A stretch of DNA of 63,494 bases, counting the filler, from Olpidium bornovanus S191 (taxonomy: Eukaryota > Fungi > Olpidiomycota): assembly GCA_017911155.1 (NCBI GenBank). It is 29 parts of 29 records of this genome, joined end to end, with 100 filler letters (N's around TTAATTAATTAA, not from the genome) between each part and the next. Parts side by side here need not be neighbours in the genome. Positions count along the whole stretch, not along the records: positions 25,719 to 29,464 come from JAEFCI010009219.1; positions 29,565 to 31,591 come from JAEFCI010005701.1; positions 31,692 to 33,199 come from JAEFCI010002886.1; positions 33,300 to 35,117 come from JAEFCI010003481.1; positions 35,218 to 37,223 come from JAEFCI010005408.1; positions 37,324 to 39,161 come from JAEFCI010004649.1; 23 more parts are not named here. One strand, given 5' to 3'. Every line of letters begins with the position of its first letter. Positions within the stretch are counted from its first letter, which is position 1. Shown in pieces: positions 26,933 through 37,426 of the stretch. The notes beneath the pieces were generated by a model that was given only the letters and a program-made list of their open reading frames with translations, searched no databases and had not been told where the DNA came from. A program made the translations under genes and the position numbers.

Positions 26933-28729
26933 ATGGTGAAGGACACAAAGTTTTACGACCAGCTCGGGGTCTCCCCGACTGCCTCGGAGGCCGAGCTGAA
27001 AAAGGTACGACGGCGCCGCACGCTTGCATCAAGGTTGAAGTTTTTGGCGGGCAGCTGCCATATCCTTCGATGCCAGACGATTCACGCTTTTGCTGGATTT
27101 CCGTGTCCATGGACCCCTCCAGGCATACAAGAAGCTTGCCATGCAATACCACCCCGATAAGGTAGGCCCGGATGACCACGCGAACTGCGCCGTGTTTTAC
27201 GTTGCGCTTCCCAGGCGTTTTTCCGGTGTTGTGCTGATTTCTAAGTTTGTTTGTTTGGAACGGTTTCTAGAACCCGGATGCCGGAGACAAGTTCAAAGGT
27301 ATTCTGCGATGATTCTCAGCTGTGCACCGTTGCTGAGCATATGCGTCCAAACGCGCCTCGCGGGAACCGGTTTTTGCCGTCGACTTCTTGGCTGACTGTC
27401 GTTTTCTCCTGCTCCAGAAATCTCGCACGCGTACGAAATCCTCTCGGATTCGGAGAAGCGACAAGCGTACGACCGCTACGGCGAGGAGGGTATCGGCGCC
27501 GGCGGGGGACCGGGCGTATCGCCTGAGGATTTATTTTCCCATATTTTCGGTGGCGCATTCGGCGGTATGCGTCAGTCTGGCCCTAGGCGGGGCAAGGATG
27601 TGAACCACGCTCTCAAGGTGTCGCTTGAAGACCTGTACCGGGGCAAGACGTCCAAGTTGGCCTTGCAGAAGACTGTTATCTGCTCTAAGTGTGATGGCAA
27701 GGGAGGAAAGGAGGGTGCCGTCAGGTCGTGTGCGGGATGCAACGGTCGCGGCGTCAAGATCGTTGTGCGACAACTGGGCCCTATGCTTCAGCAGATCCAA
27801 CAGACTTGCCCTGACTGTCACGGCGAGGGGGAGATAATCAACGAGCGTGACAAGTGCAAGGAGTGCAAGGGTCGCAAGACGGTGCAGCAGCGCAAGGTGC
27901 TCGAGGTCTTTATTGATAAGGGCATGCGGGATGGGCACAAGATTGCATTCCCGGGCGAAGGCGACCAGACGCCGGGCATCGAGCCTGGGGACGTCAACAT
28001 TATCGTCCAGGAGAAGCCACATGAGCGATTCCGCAGACAAGGAGACGATCTCTTCTACGTCGCCCACATTGATATCCTCACTGCGCTGGCAGGCGGCCAA
28101 TTTATTGTCCCCCACCTTGACGACCGCGTGCTTCTCGTCAATATTTTACCGGGCGAAGTCATCCGACCAGGTAAGCTTTTTTTGTTGTGACGTTGTGTCA
28201 TTATTACCTTTTCCGCTGGTGAAGCGTTTCTTTTTTATCTGCTTTGTCCCGCGTGCTTAATAACTCTTTTCCCCTGCTAGGCGAAAAAAAGGCCATCGTG
28301 AATGAGGGGATGCCCACATTGCGCCATCACGATTTTGGCAACTTGTATATCCAGTTCGAGGTCGAGTTCCCACCACCGCATTGGTCATCGCCGGAGAATA
28401 TCGCGAAGCTCGAGTCCATCTTGCCCTCCAGGCAGCCGTTACCCAACACTGCAGGTGCCGAGGTGGAGGAGGGAGTCCTCACCGATCTGGATGCGAGCCA
28501 GCAGCGCGCCGCTGAAGGCGCAGCCGCTGACGAGGATGACGATGGTCACCCCGGTCCCGGCGTGCAGGTATGTTTCCCGCACCGCCTGCAAGTTTCTCCT
28601 TAACTTTCCTTCTGCCATCCGACGTTTTCGTCCTGCCGTGGCTGAACGATCACTGACTCTCTCTTTCTTTCTTTCTCGCTCTCTCTCCCTCTTTTTGTTC
28701 TTTTTTTCTTCTAGTGCGCCCAACAATGA
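26933..28729 (+). CDS. YDJ1: Type I Hsp40 (DnaJ, YDJ1/DNAJA family), complete
   Basis: MVKDTKFYDQLGVSPTASEAELKK / AYKKLAMQYHPDK (HPD) / G/F region / four CxxCxGxG repeats / C-terminal substrate domain / terminal exon CAQQ* (CaaX) at 28715-28729. Confidence 0.97.
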
Positions 28730-29108
28730 CGGACTAATTTTCCGCGAGCACAAGACTTACAGTATTACAAAATCCCGCTCATTCACGCCGCATGGACGTG
28801 CTTTTCGTATCTCGCAGTGTGTGCCTCGAGCTTTTATCCTTCCCTTTCCTCACCTTTGGCCCTTGTAGAGTAAATCGGGGATTTTTGAAAAAGTACAAAC
28901 GCAGCAAGACGTGTCCGATAAGAGAGATATTGCAGTTTCATGGCTTTTTGCTCGACCCCGGGAAAGTGGATTCATCGCTACCGTTTGCAAACTCTACAGG
29001 CCACCGCACCCAAATTGCTAGACGGCTCCCCCCTCAACACCCCCCTCAACCCCCCCCCTCCCGCGCGCGCTTATTCCGGGCCGTCCCTCCCACCCGCGGA
29101 AACAGGCT

Positions 29109-29160
29109 CTGCTGCTGCTGTGGCTGCTGCTGCTGCTGTGGCTGCTGCTGCTGCTTCTGC
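29109..29160. repeat. Interrupted (CTG)n microsatellite
   Basis: ctgctgctgctgtggctgctgctgctgctgtggctgctgctgctgcttctgc. Confidence 0.9.
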
Positions 29161-29179
29161 GCAGTGCGCACAGCCCGCT

Positions 29180-29376
29180 CTCCACACCCTAACCCTAACC
29201 ACAACCCTTGTGTTGTTGAGATTCATAGAATGGTTGAATTTCATGGAACAGAGCGCGTTTTGCGTGTTGAGAACAGGCCGCCCTCCACACCCTAACTCTA
29301 ACCATAACCCTTGTGTTGTTGAGATTCACAGAATGGTTGAAATTCATGGAACAGAGCGCGTTTTGCGTGTTGAGAA
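29180..29376. repeat. About 103-bp tandem duplication whose unit begins with a degenerate CCCTAA (telomere-like) array
   Basis: Units start near 29180 and 29283: ctccacaccctaaccctaaccacaaccc-ttgtgttgttgagattca...gcgtgttgagaa, with few substitutions. Confidence 0.9.
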
Positions 29377-29564
29377 AAGTTGTTATAGTTTAAAAGAGGG
29401 CTTTTGACGTTTGGCTGTGATTAGTGTTGTGTGCGCAAAATAGTTATTTTACGCATAGTATGCGNNNNNNNNNNNNNNNNNNNNNNNNNNNNNNNNNNNN
29501 NNNNNNNNTTAATTAATTAANNNNNNNNNNNNNNNNNNNNNNNNNNNNNNNNNNNNNNNNNNNN

Positions 29565-30360
29565 CCTCGCCATTAATGTAATCGCTCAATGCCTTGATGC
29601 GGATGTTGAACTTGTTCAGACGGAGGTACGTGCTGATTTTCGTTGTGACATCCTCATCTCGGAAAAAGCAGCAAATTTTGGCATGCTTTCCCTGTTGCGA
29701 AATCGGAATCTCTCCATTGATCAACAATGCGTTCACCCATTTTTGAACAGCGGTTGCACAGTAGATGCTTTTTCCGCTGACTGCTTTCGCTGTCGTCAAA
29801 CTTGCAGACACACGCGGGGTTCCGTTTTGGACAAGACGCATGAACGCAAGAACCGCAGATCGGCGAAGTGACTGTACCATGTTTTCCTCTTTGCAAGCTG
29901 CTTTGCGTCGTTGTTCGTTCAGCAGCTCCACAGTGGCAGCAAGTCGTGCAGAATCTTTCCAAGCAGCTGCGATTCTCTTGAGGTCTGGCTCCCGCTCGTC
30001 GTCGCTTTCCGAATGCTCGTCCAATTCAGTTGTGTCTCCATCACCAAGGTCCTTTGCTTGTTGCCGCGCGGCGGGGGCCCAGAACAAGGTCAGCTTTCTG
30101 CAGCCAACAGCTGCTTTCTGCTGCTCAAGACGTCTTCGCCGTTTTGTTCGGTCTGACGCGCCAGTGTACCGCAGTGGTCTCTTTGGTCAAACATCATGCA
30201 ATGCCAAGAGAAGCTCCTCCGCTTCTCTGGCTTCTTCGTTGTCCAACTGCAGAGGAGCCTCAAACACGTTCTCTTCGTCACCAAGAGACACGTCTTCTTC
30301 GTCGCCGAGCAGGTTGTCCTGACGCGTGGTATTGTCAAAAAAAAAAAAATCACCTTCCTC
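29565..30360 (-). mobile_element. N-terminal part of a fungal Tc1/mariner(ITm)-like transposase-related ORF, probably degenerate
   Basis: RPLRYTGASDRTKRRRR...KAAVG...LFW and AVQKWVNALLINGEIPISQQGKHAKICCFFRDEDVTTKISTYLRLNKFNI match a widespread fungal transposon-derived family as I recall it. There is an in-frame TGA upstream. The DDE domain would lie beyond the contig end. Confidence 0.55.
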
Positions 30361-30723
30361 AGTTGGTCTCACAAGCACTCACGTTGTCCAGTTCCACATC
30401 GCGATCGTTCTCACACTGCGCGTTTCGTAGTGTTCGCAAAGAGTGCATACGCTTTCAAAGTCTCCCACGTCGTGGCGTTTGGGTTTCTGCTCGTTTTTTG
30501 CTTGATGTTTTTGTTTTTTTTTGGAATCTGGCCAGGTGGGTGAGGTGTCGGTTATAAGTGTCTTGCACCGTACGTTCATTTGACATACATAATCACTTTC
30601 TTATATAGTATAGTTTTCTGGAAAGATAACCCGACTTCCTTATCGCACCAAAAAATTGCTTCATAAAAATGGGGGGGACGTAGGCAGACGAACGTTTCCC
30701 GCCAAACGGCAGCGAGGGCTTCC

Positions 30724-30756
<33 letters not shown>

Positions 30757-31949
30757 TCTTCAACCCAAAAGCTCTCAGTGCCCCTCGCCTGGGTTCCACG
30801 TGATTTCCGAACGCCGATGCCCGCCTGGAGACGGGCCGGGAGGGAAAGGGAGGGAGTGCGGTGGGGGACCTGGTTTCCCTGTCGTTTTCCTTTGTTCCGG
30901 CTGCTGGAGCGCGGGGGGTGGGTGGGGTTTCCCGCCAGGGGCGCGATCGGTCCCCCCTTCCCCGCTCGGCAAACTTTACAGCACGTTTGACCCCGAGAGC
31001 AGCCAGAGAGCCGCCCTCTTATCCCCCTCCCCACCTTCCCATTCATCGCCAGGATCACCCCCCACTTCCCCTTCCCCTTCCCCACCGCGTCCCCCGACGG
31101 CCGCCGCCCGCTGCCCGACCCATTCTTTTGTCACTCTCCCTCCAGTGTGTGTCTGCGGGACCCTTTTCCCTTTATTGCATCGTCTTAAGTTCTCAGCCGC
31201 CCGGTCCCCCCCCCCCCCCCCCTTCCCCGGCGGCCGCGCGTGCCCGTCTGCGCTCGACAGTATCTGACCCCCAACCGCCTCCCCACCAAAATCGGCGGGG
31301 CCGCCCCGTCCGCGGGCGGGAAACGGGTTGCCTCTGACACCTGCAACATCGCGCCTCCCTCCGGCGTGGCCTATGTAATAGACACTCAAAGCACAAAAGT
31401 CTGGTTTTCCGGCGCAAAAACAACAACGCCGCGCGTTCTCCGTTCTGCCGGGCCCGGTGAGGGAGATTCCGGTCGTTCGCGGGCGTCGCGCCGTTTCCTG
31501 CGCAGTGAATCGCGGTGGGAAGGGAAACCCCGTCCGGCCCCCCCCCCCCCCCCCCCGCCCCGCCCCCTCCCCCCCCCCCCGCCCGGAACCCNNNNNNNNN
31601 NNNNNNNNNNNNNNNNNNNNNNNNNNNNNNNNNNNTTAATTAATTAANNNNNNNNNNNNNNNNNNNNNNNNNNNNNNNNNNNNNNNNNNNNAAACATGTC
31701 GAAATTTTTAAACGATGGCCAGGTCGCTGTCTTTGATCTCAACGACGACGCCATAAGCCGTCTATTGGCTATCAATAGTCTACGGCGACTATCCGTGCAC
31801 GGATAATCCATGTAGCGTGGCCGACGAAATCGCGAAAAAGGGATGCCTGCCCGAACATAACGGACGTTGACAACGCCGAGACGTCCAGCCCCTTCCCGGA
31901 GAGCCACCTGATGACGGCATAGACTCTGAAAAAACAAGGAGAGCAAGGG

Positions 31950-32170
31950 CCATTCCCGAATGCTTGGCGATATCAAGGTAAGTTGTAAGTTTCGAACCGT
32001 TCGGCGTAGATGTTGAGCTTGGCAGCGCCTCCGGCGCTGTTGTATTTGGGGACGGAATCCAGCAGCTTTTTGCGGAGCGTTTGTTGGCAAAGGGAGCGAT
32101 GATGCGCGCGGCGGTAGTGTCGGCGACGATCGTGACGATCATCTCCGGAGTCCGTGCCCGCGTCAGAACT
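31950..32170 (-). pseudogene. Possible degenerate retrotransposon gag (capsid-like) fragment
   Basis: LLDSVPKYNSAGGAAKLNIYAERFETY resembles the PKF/YxG...L..Y...FE.Y capsid motif; a frameshift follows. Confidence 0.35.
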
Positions 32171-32743
32171 CACAGATCAGGATGCGCCTGGCTCTGGAAA
32201 ACGCCAGCGACCGCGATGTTCAGGGTGGAAAAAAAAAAAAAAAGATTGCACCCATGCCGGTGATCATTTGTATCGTGTCCTTGGTCCTTCTGGTTTGCTG
32301 GTAAAGGGCCTACGCCCTTCACCGTTGCGTTCGTCATCATCGTTACGGTCGAAAGGATGGAAGGAACAACGGGACCAAAACGTATTTTCTCGTGAAGTTG
32401 CTGGTTTCGCAGGCCCCCAAGAACATCTTGGAGGCGCAGGAAGCACAGACCCGCGCGGGCTCCCTGCAACAGCTCATACCAGCAACCTCCCACGTGTACT
32501 TCCGTCGGCCCCCTCCGCCTGTGCAGTACTGCGCAGCAAGTTGCGGAAGGGCGACACGCGGGTCTCACCCTCGACCGTGGCCAGGAGGGCACGCCACGCT
32601 GACTTCTCCAGCGGCGCACTCCTCTCTGCAGCCCCAATTGTATCATACTTTGATTGTAATCTTCACTTCAAACTACTTTGACTTTCATCTACAATGCAAA
32701 AAGGCACTTCGCCCGACTGGGGTGGACATACCTGGCTTCCGAC

Positions 32744-33199
32744 TTAGCAGCTAAGCTGGTACAGCGGCGTCGCGCAAGTATCGATTGGCCCCCAAAGGTC
32801 ATCGGCGCCCTTGTACCCTTTCCATCGGACATTGAATTCGCTGGGGACACCAGTATCAGCGTCGCGGCGACGGCTCACGATGCGATCAACGAGGTACGTA
32901 TCGTCGGTAACCGTCCGAAGGGACCTTGTACCTGGGACATGCTGGATGGCCAGAATCCTGGGGCCGGCATCGTCGTGCTTCCTCGGCAACGACGTCGTAG
33001 CGCTCAATGACGACGTTTTGGACGTGATGTATCTTCTTCGATGTTTGGGCCAACTTGCACGCACAGCCGTTCCTAAGGACATGCCAATATGTAATAGAGT
33101 TGATGCTCCGAAGGTAACCGAGGTGCGACATATTTGTTGTCGTCACCTGCTTGGAAATAAGCTGGAAGAGCTGGTCAGAACTGTAAACATACTTCTCGA
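32744..33199 (-). mobile_element. Chromovirus-type integrase C-terminus (GPY/F-like region plus chromodomain), degenerate
   Basis: Chromodomain YLVDRIVSRRRDADTGVPSEFNVRWKGYKGADDLWGPI. In another frame upstream, YLRSINSITYW...SKKIHHVQNVVIERY resembles the GPY/F module (..RINSVTY.L...IHPVFHVS.L..Y). Confidence 0.65.
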
Positions 33200-35217
33200 N
33201 NNNNNNNNNNNNNNNNNNNNNNNNNNNNNNNNNNNNNNNNNNNTTAATTAATTAANNNNNNNNNNNNNNNNNNNNNNNNNNNNNNNNNNNNNNNNNNNNC
33301 AAAAAAAAAAAAACCCCCCCGCCGCCGCCGCCGCCACCGCCCTCTCCAAAACCAGGATCCTTCCGGAAAACTCGGCGGTTGATAAAAACCCGTCCGTCCT
33401 CCCCAACACGAAAAATTTTATTATTATTATTATTATAATTTTACCTGCTTGTTCCCCGCAGCGTTCCGGCCGGTAATTCTCCCGCGATTCCGGACTCCGG
33501 CGGCGGCGGCGGCGGCGGCGGCGGGCGCCGAGGGGTAAGGCCGCGGTCGCGGCCGGTTGTTCCCCGCGAAGGGTTCGGGCGGCGGCGGCCGCCGCGGACA
33601 TGCCCGGGTCGCCGCGGCAGGCGGCGCCCGGCCGGCCTGGGGCAGAGTCTGCTTTGCGGGAGGGCGGTTCGGGAAACTGGACGGGCGTCGGCCGGCCGGC
33701 GGGACGGGCAGCAAAAAGGCGGCGGCTGCGGGCCGACTCTTGGGCGGCGGCGGCGGCGATGGCGGCGGCTCGGGCTTTGGGCCGGTCGCAGGCGGCGGCG
33801 GGGCGGCGGGCCGCGCGGCGGGCGCCCTGGGAGCCACGGCGGACTCGAGCATCGGGGGCGGGGCTTTTTGATCTTCTTTGAGCCGAATGTCCCTTTCACT
33901 CTTTCATTCTCTCTCTCTTTCTCTCTCTTTCTCTTTCGTTTTCTCTCGAACGTGCGCGTGCGCGGGAGAGTCGGCGGGGGATCGCGAATTCGAAACGATC
34001 AAGAAAATTCCGGACGAACGCGAAGACGGGTTGGGTGTGTGTGCGTGCGTGCGTGTGTGTGTGTGGGGGGGGGGGGGTGTGCGGGGGGGGGGAAGAAAAA
34101 CGAAAACAAAAAAAAAATTCACACGCGAATCTTCCCAGGCGGGAAAGGAGAGGAAACGCGTTCCGGGGCGGGCGCGAAAGGGGCGAATGTGTTGAAACGT
34201 AGCCTGGAACAAGCCGGAGGTTCAGGCGGTGTGCGGGGATAGAGCACTGCGCCAACCTGCGCCCGCCGGTTTTCGCGTGCATAGAAGAGGGTGGAGTCTA
34301 GGTTTAGAGTAGCTCCCTCGGAGCTCCTTCGAAGCCGCCGAATACGACAACGCGAAGGGTGGGGGTGAGGAGGGGGGGGGGGTCGGACGGTGCGAAAGAA
34401 AAAGAACAATCAAATAAAATATATAAATGCTATTACATTATTTATAAGTATAATTCAAAAACTCGAAACTTCCGCGTTCCCCGTAGTGGTGGGTGGTCAA
34501 AGTGTTTTCGTACGCAAAAATGCGGGGCCGGCGGGTGCAGAGGTGAAGAAGCTGTTTCTCCGTCGTGGAGGGGGGGGAAGGAAAACGGGTCCGCTTTCGA
34601 GGCTGCCGCGGCTCAGAACTGAACATGTGCCGAAAAGTGCACTGGCTGGCGCCAGCTCCAGCCCGCATCCAATTCTCCACGGCGAATCAGAATATGCGGA
34701 TCCCTTAGATCGGTGGACCCGGGAAATATGAACCTGAGGATGAGGATCCCGCGAATCTTTATAATCCCGCCAATCTGCGAGTCCCGGGAATCTGCAAAAC
34801 CGCAAAAACTGGGTTCTGCGAACTAAATTCTGCGATTACCGCATTACGACCGACGCCGCGGAAACTCTGCGCAAGGGAACATTCTGCTTCTTCCTCCCGC
34901 GGCAATTGGCCAAGATTATTGTTACAGCACGACAGAAGCCCGCTCTCCGCTGTATTTCAAGCTTACAAAATGTTCTTTAATGATTTAGAGTGCGCAAACG
35001 TTTGATGTTGATAAAGTGGGCAGCGTATAAGGTCTCGTGGATTCCACCCCGTCGGAGGTTACTCCGAACGTGGGCGAGCGGAGTGCGAGAAGAGTTTTTT
35101 TCAACTTGATTCATGCGNNNNNNNNNNNNNNNNNNNNNNNNNNNNNNNNNNNNNNNNNNNNTTAATTAATTAANNNNNNNNNNNNNNNNNNNNNNNNNNN
35201 NNNNNNNNNNNNNNNNN

Positions 35218-35334
35218 CGTCAATTCTGTGTGAAGTCGGTGGTTCCATATGCGCCCGCTCTGTTTGAGGCCGTATAGCGCTCGGCGCAGCCGGCAGACCT
35301 TCGTCTCGTCTTGCACGAATCCCTCCGGTTGCTC
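35218..35334 (-). mobile_element. Ty1/Copia reverse transcriptase fragment joined in frame to TM9SF at a CATG
   Basis: MEQPEGFVQDETKVCRLRRALYGLKQSGRIWNHRLHTEL is the canonical Copia RT motif (MxQPEGF...VCxLxxxLYGLKQ). Confidence 0.92.
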
Positions 35335-36840
35335 CATGATCACGTTCTTCTTCCACGCCTCTCCGCCGAACATCTTGTACATTTGGGCGCTGACGTATCC
35401 GGCGACGTAAGCGAACACCAGGTAGAACAGGATCATGACCGTGGCGAGCATGCCGCGGTTGCTGGGGCTGAGGAACCCGAGGACGGCGAAGACGAGGGTG
35501 ACCACGGCCATGCAGAAGAGCTGGGCGCCCGTGCCGGCCATGACCGAGAGGAGCATCGGGTTCGCCGGGGGGCGGAACACGTCGCCGTGGACCAGCTTCC
35601 ACCCGGAGTCTTCCTGCACGTCCTCCTGGGCGTCGATCTGGTTGTAGCGCGAAATGTCCTTGTGCAGCGCGCGCAGCAGGATCATGGCCACCATGCCGGT
35701 GAGGAAGAGCACGATGATCACCGAGTTCACGAGCGAGAACCAGTGGATGCGCGGGTCGAAGCCGTGCAGGTAGTTGTCCCACCGCGTCGCCCACGTCGTC
35801 GCGGGATCCTCCGTCCACCGCACGGTGTAGGTGTAGTAGATGTCCGTGTCCTTCGTCTCGTCCAGCACCAGCGGCTTCGAACTGTCGCTGCCGCAGTCGA
35901 CGTTGCCGCTCACGTCGGCCTCCTGCACCCGGCTGGCCGGCCACACCAGCACGCCCACGATCCGCTTGGCGTCTTTTTTCTCGGTGTGGAACAGGATTAG
36001 GATGTCGTAGTGGTTATTGAAGTGCGGCTGCGCGAGCGTCGCCCCGTTCTTCGACGGGAGGAGCTTTCCGGTCCTGTCCTTGCCGCCGGCGTCGCCGAGC
36101 GCGAAGCCTACGCTGTAGAAGACCTGTTCCGCCTGTTTCGGACCCGCGTCGCCCGTCCCGTCCAAGAGGCGGATCGAACGGGCCGCCCGGCAAAACGCAG
36201 AAGCCGCGAGGTGAGTCGAGAGAGGCCAACCACGCACGACGGTTCCCGGGCGCTACCGAGGTCCCCCCCCCACACCCCCGTTTCCCGCAACAGCGCCGCA
36301 AAATTGCCACCCGGTTACGGCCCTCCTCTCCCACGGCGGGCGGGGGGGCAGGGAACGGGGGGGAGTCGACACCGTCGGTCCCGAGCTTCGCCGACGCACC
36401 TTGTGATCCTTCTTCTTGGTCGCCGCCGGCAGCCCGTCGACGAGCCAGTTGATGGCGTAATTCTCTCTGATGCGCTCGTTGATGAACTTTGCGTCCTCCT
36501 TGGGAATGGTTTGCCGGCAGAGGACTCCGCACTTCTCGTTCACGCCCATTCTGAGGTCGAAGGGGCTGTTGTAGAGGCGGTCGCCGAACAGAATGGACCC
36601 GAGGCTCTCGCCCTGGGACTCCTTGTTTGTCGGCGCGCAGAAGTGCAGCTCCCTCCGGTAGTAGTCATAGGGGAGGACGGACTTGAGCTGCTGCGACCCC
36701 GACGGCGTCAGGGTGTTGACGAGGACGGGGACCGGATCCCTGTCCTTGTAGTCGGTGGGTGCGACGCCCGGCAGGTAGAAGGCGTCCGCGGCGGCCACCA
36801 TCAAGCCCAGCAAGCTCGCCGCGACCGTCCTGCGAACCAT
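35335..36840 (-). CDS. EMP70: Transmembrane 9 superfamily protein (EMP70/TMN2-like), N-terminal two-thirds
   Basis: Signal peptide plus FYLPGVAPTDY; ESLGSILFGDRLYNSPF; NYAINWLVDGLPAA; RWDNYL...IHWFSLVNSVIIVLFLTGMVAMILLRALHKDISRYN; EDSGWKLVHGDVFRPP; LGFLSPSNRG. Confidence 0.96.
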
Positions 36841-37003
36841 CGGGTGGGACGGTTTTCCACCCTGCCGTCAGCCCTGTTGGGTGGTTTTCTTTTTCTGTCT
36901 CTCTCTCTCTCTCTCTCTTTCTCTCTTGGGCGGGTGTTCCGCTGATCTCCCAAGGCCTTTTCCCTCCTCCAGCAGGGGAGGAAAGGGGGGGACGCTTATC
37001 TTT

Positions 37004-37038
<35 letters not shown>

Positions 37039-37426
37039 AAGGGCGTGAAAATAAGGGGCGCGCGGGGGGGTGTGTGTGCGTGTGTGTGGGGTGCGTGCGT
37101 GCGTGTGTGTGTGTGGGGGGGGGGGGGGGGGGGGGGTTTTGATTTCTGGGTTGGAAGGGGGCGCGGGGGGGCTGCTTTTTTCGGGGAATTTCCCCCTTTT
37201 TTTTGAGGAGATTTTGAAACAAANNNNNNNNNNNNNNNNNNNNNNNNNNNNNNNNNNNNNNNNNNNNTTAATTAATTAANNNNNNNNNNNNNNNNNNNNN
37301 NNNNNNNNNNNNNNNNNNNNNNNAACAGCACGTCAGAAAAGATTCATATCCGCTACAAACATTTCTTCAAGCCAACGGAACAAAAAAGAAGTCGGGCAGC
37401 CGACCGCCAGACGGACTCAGACGCAC

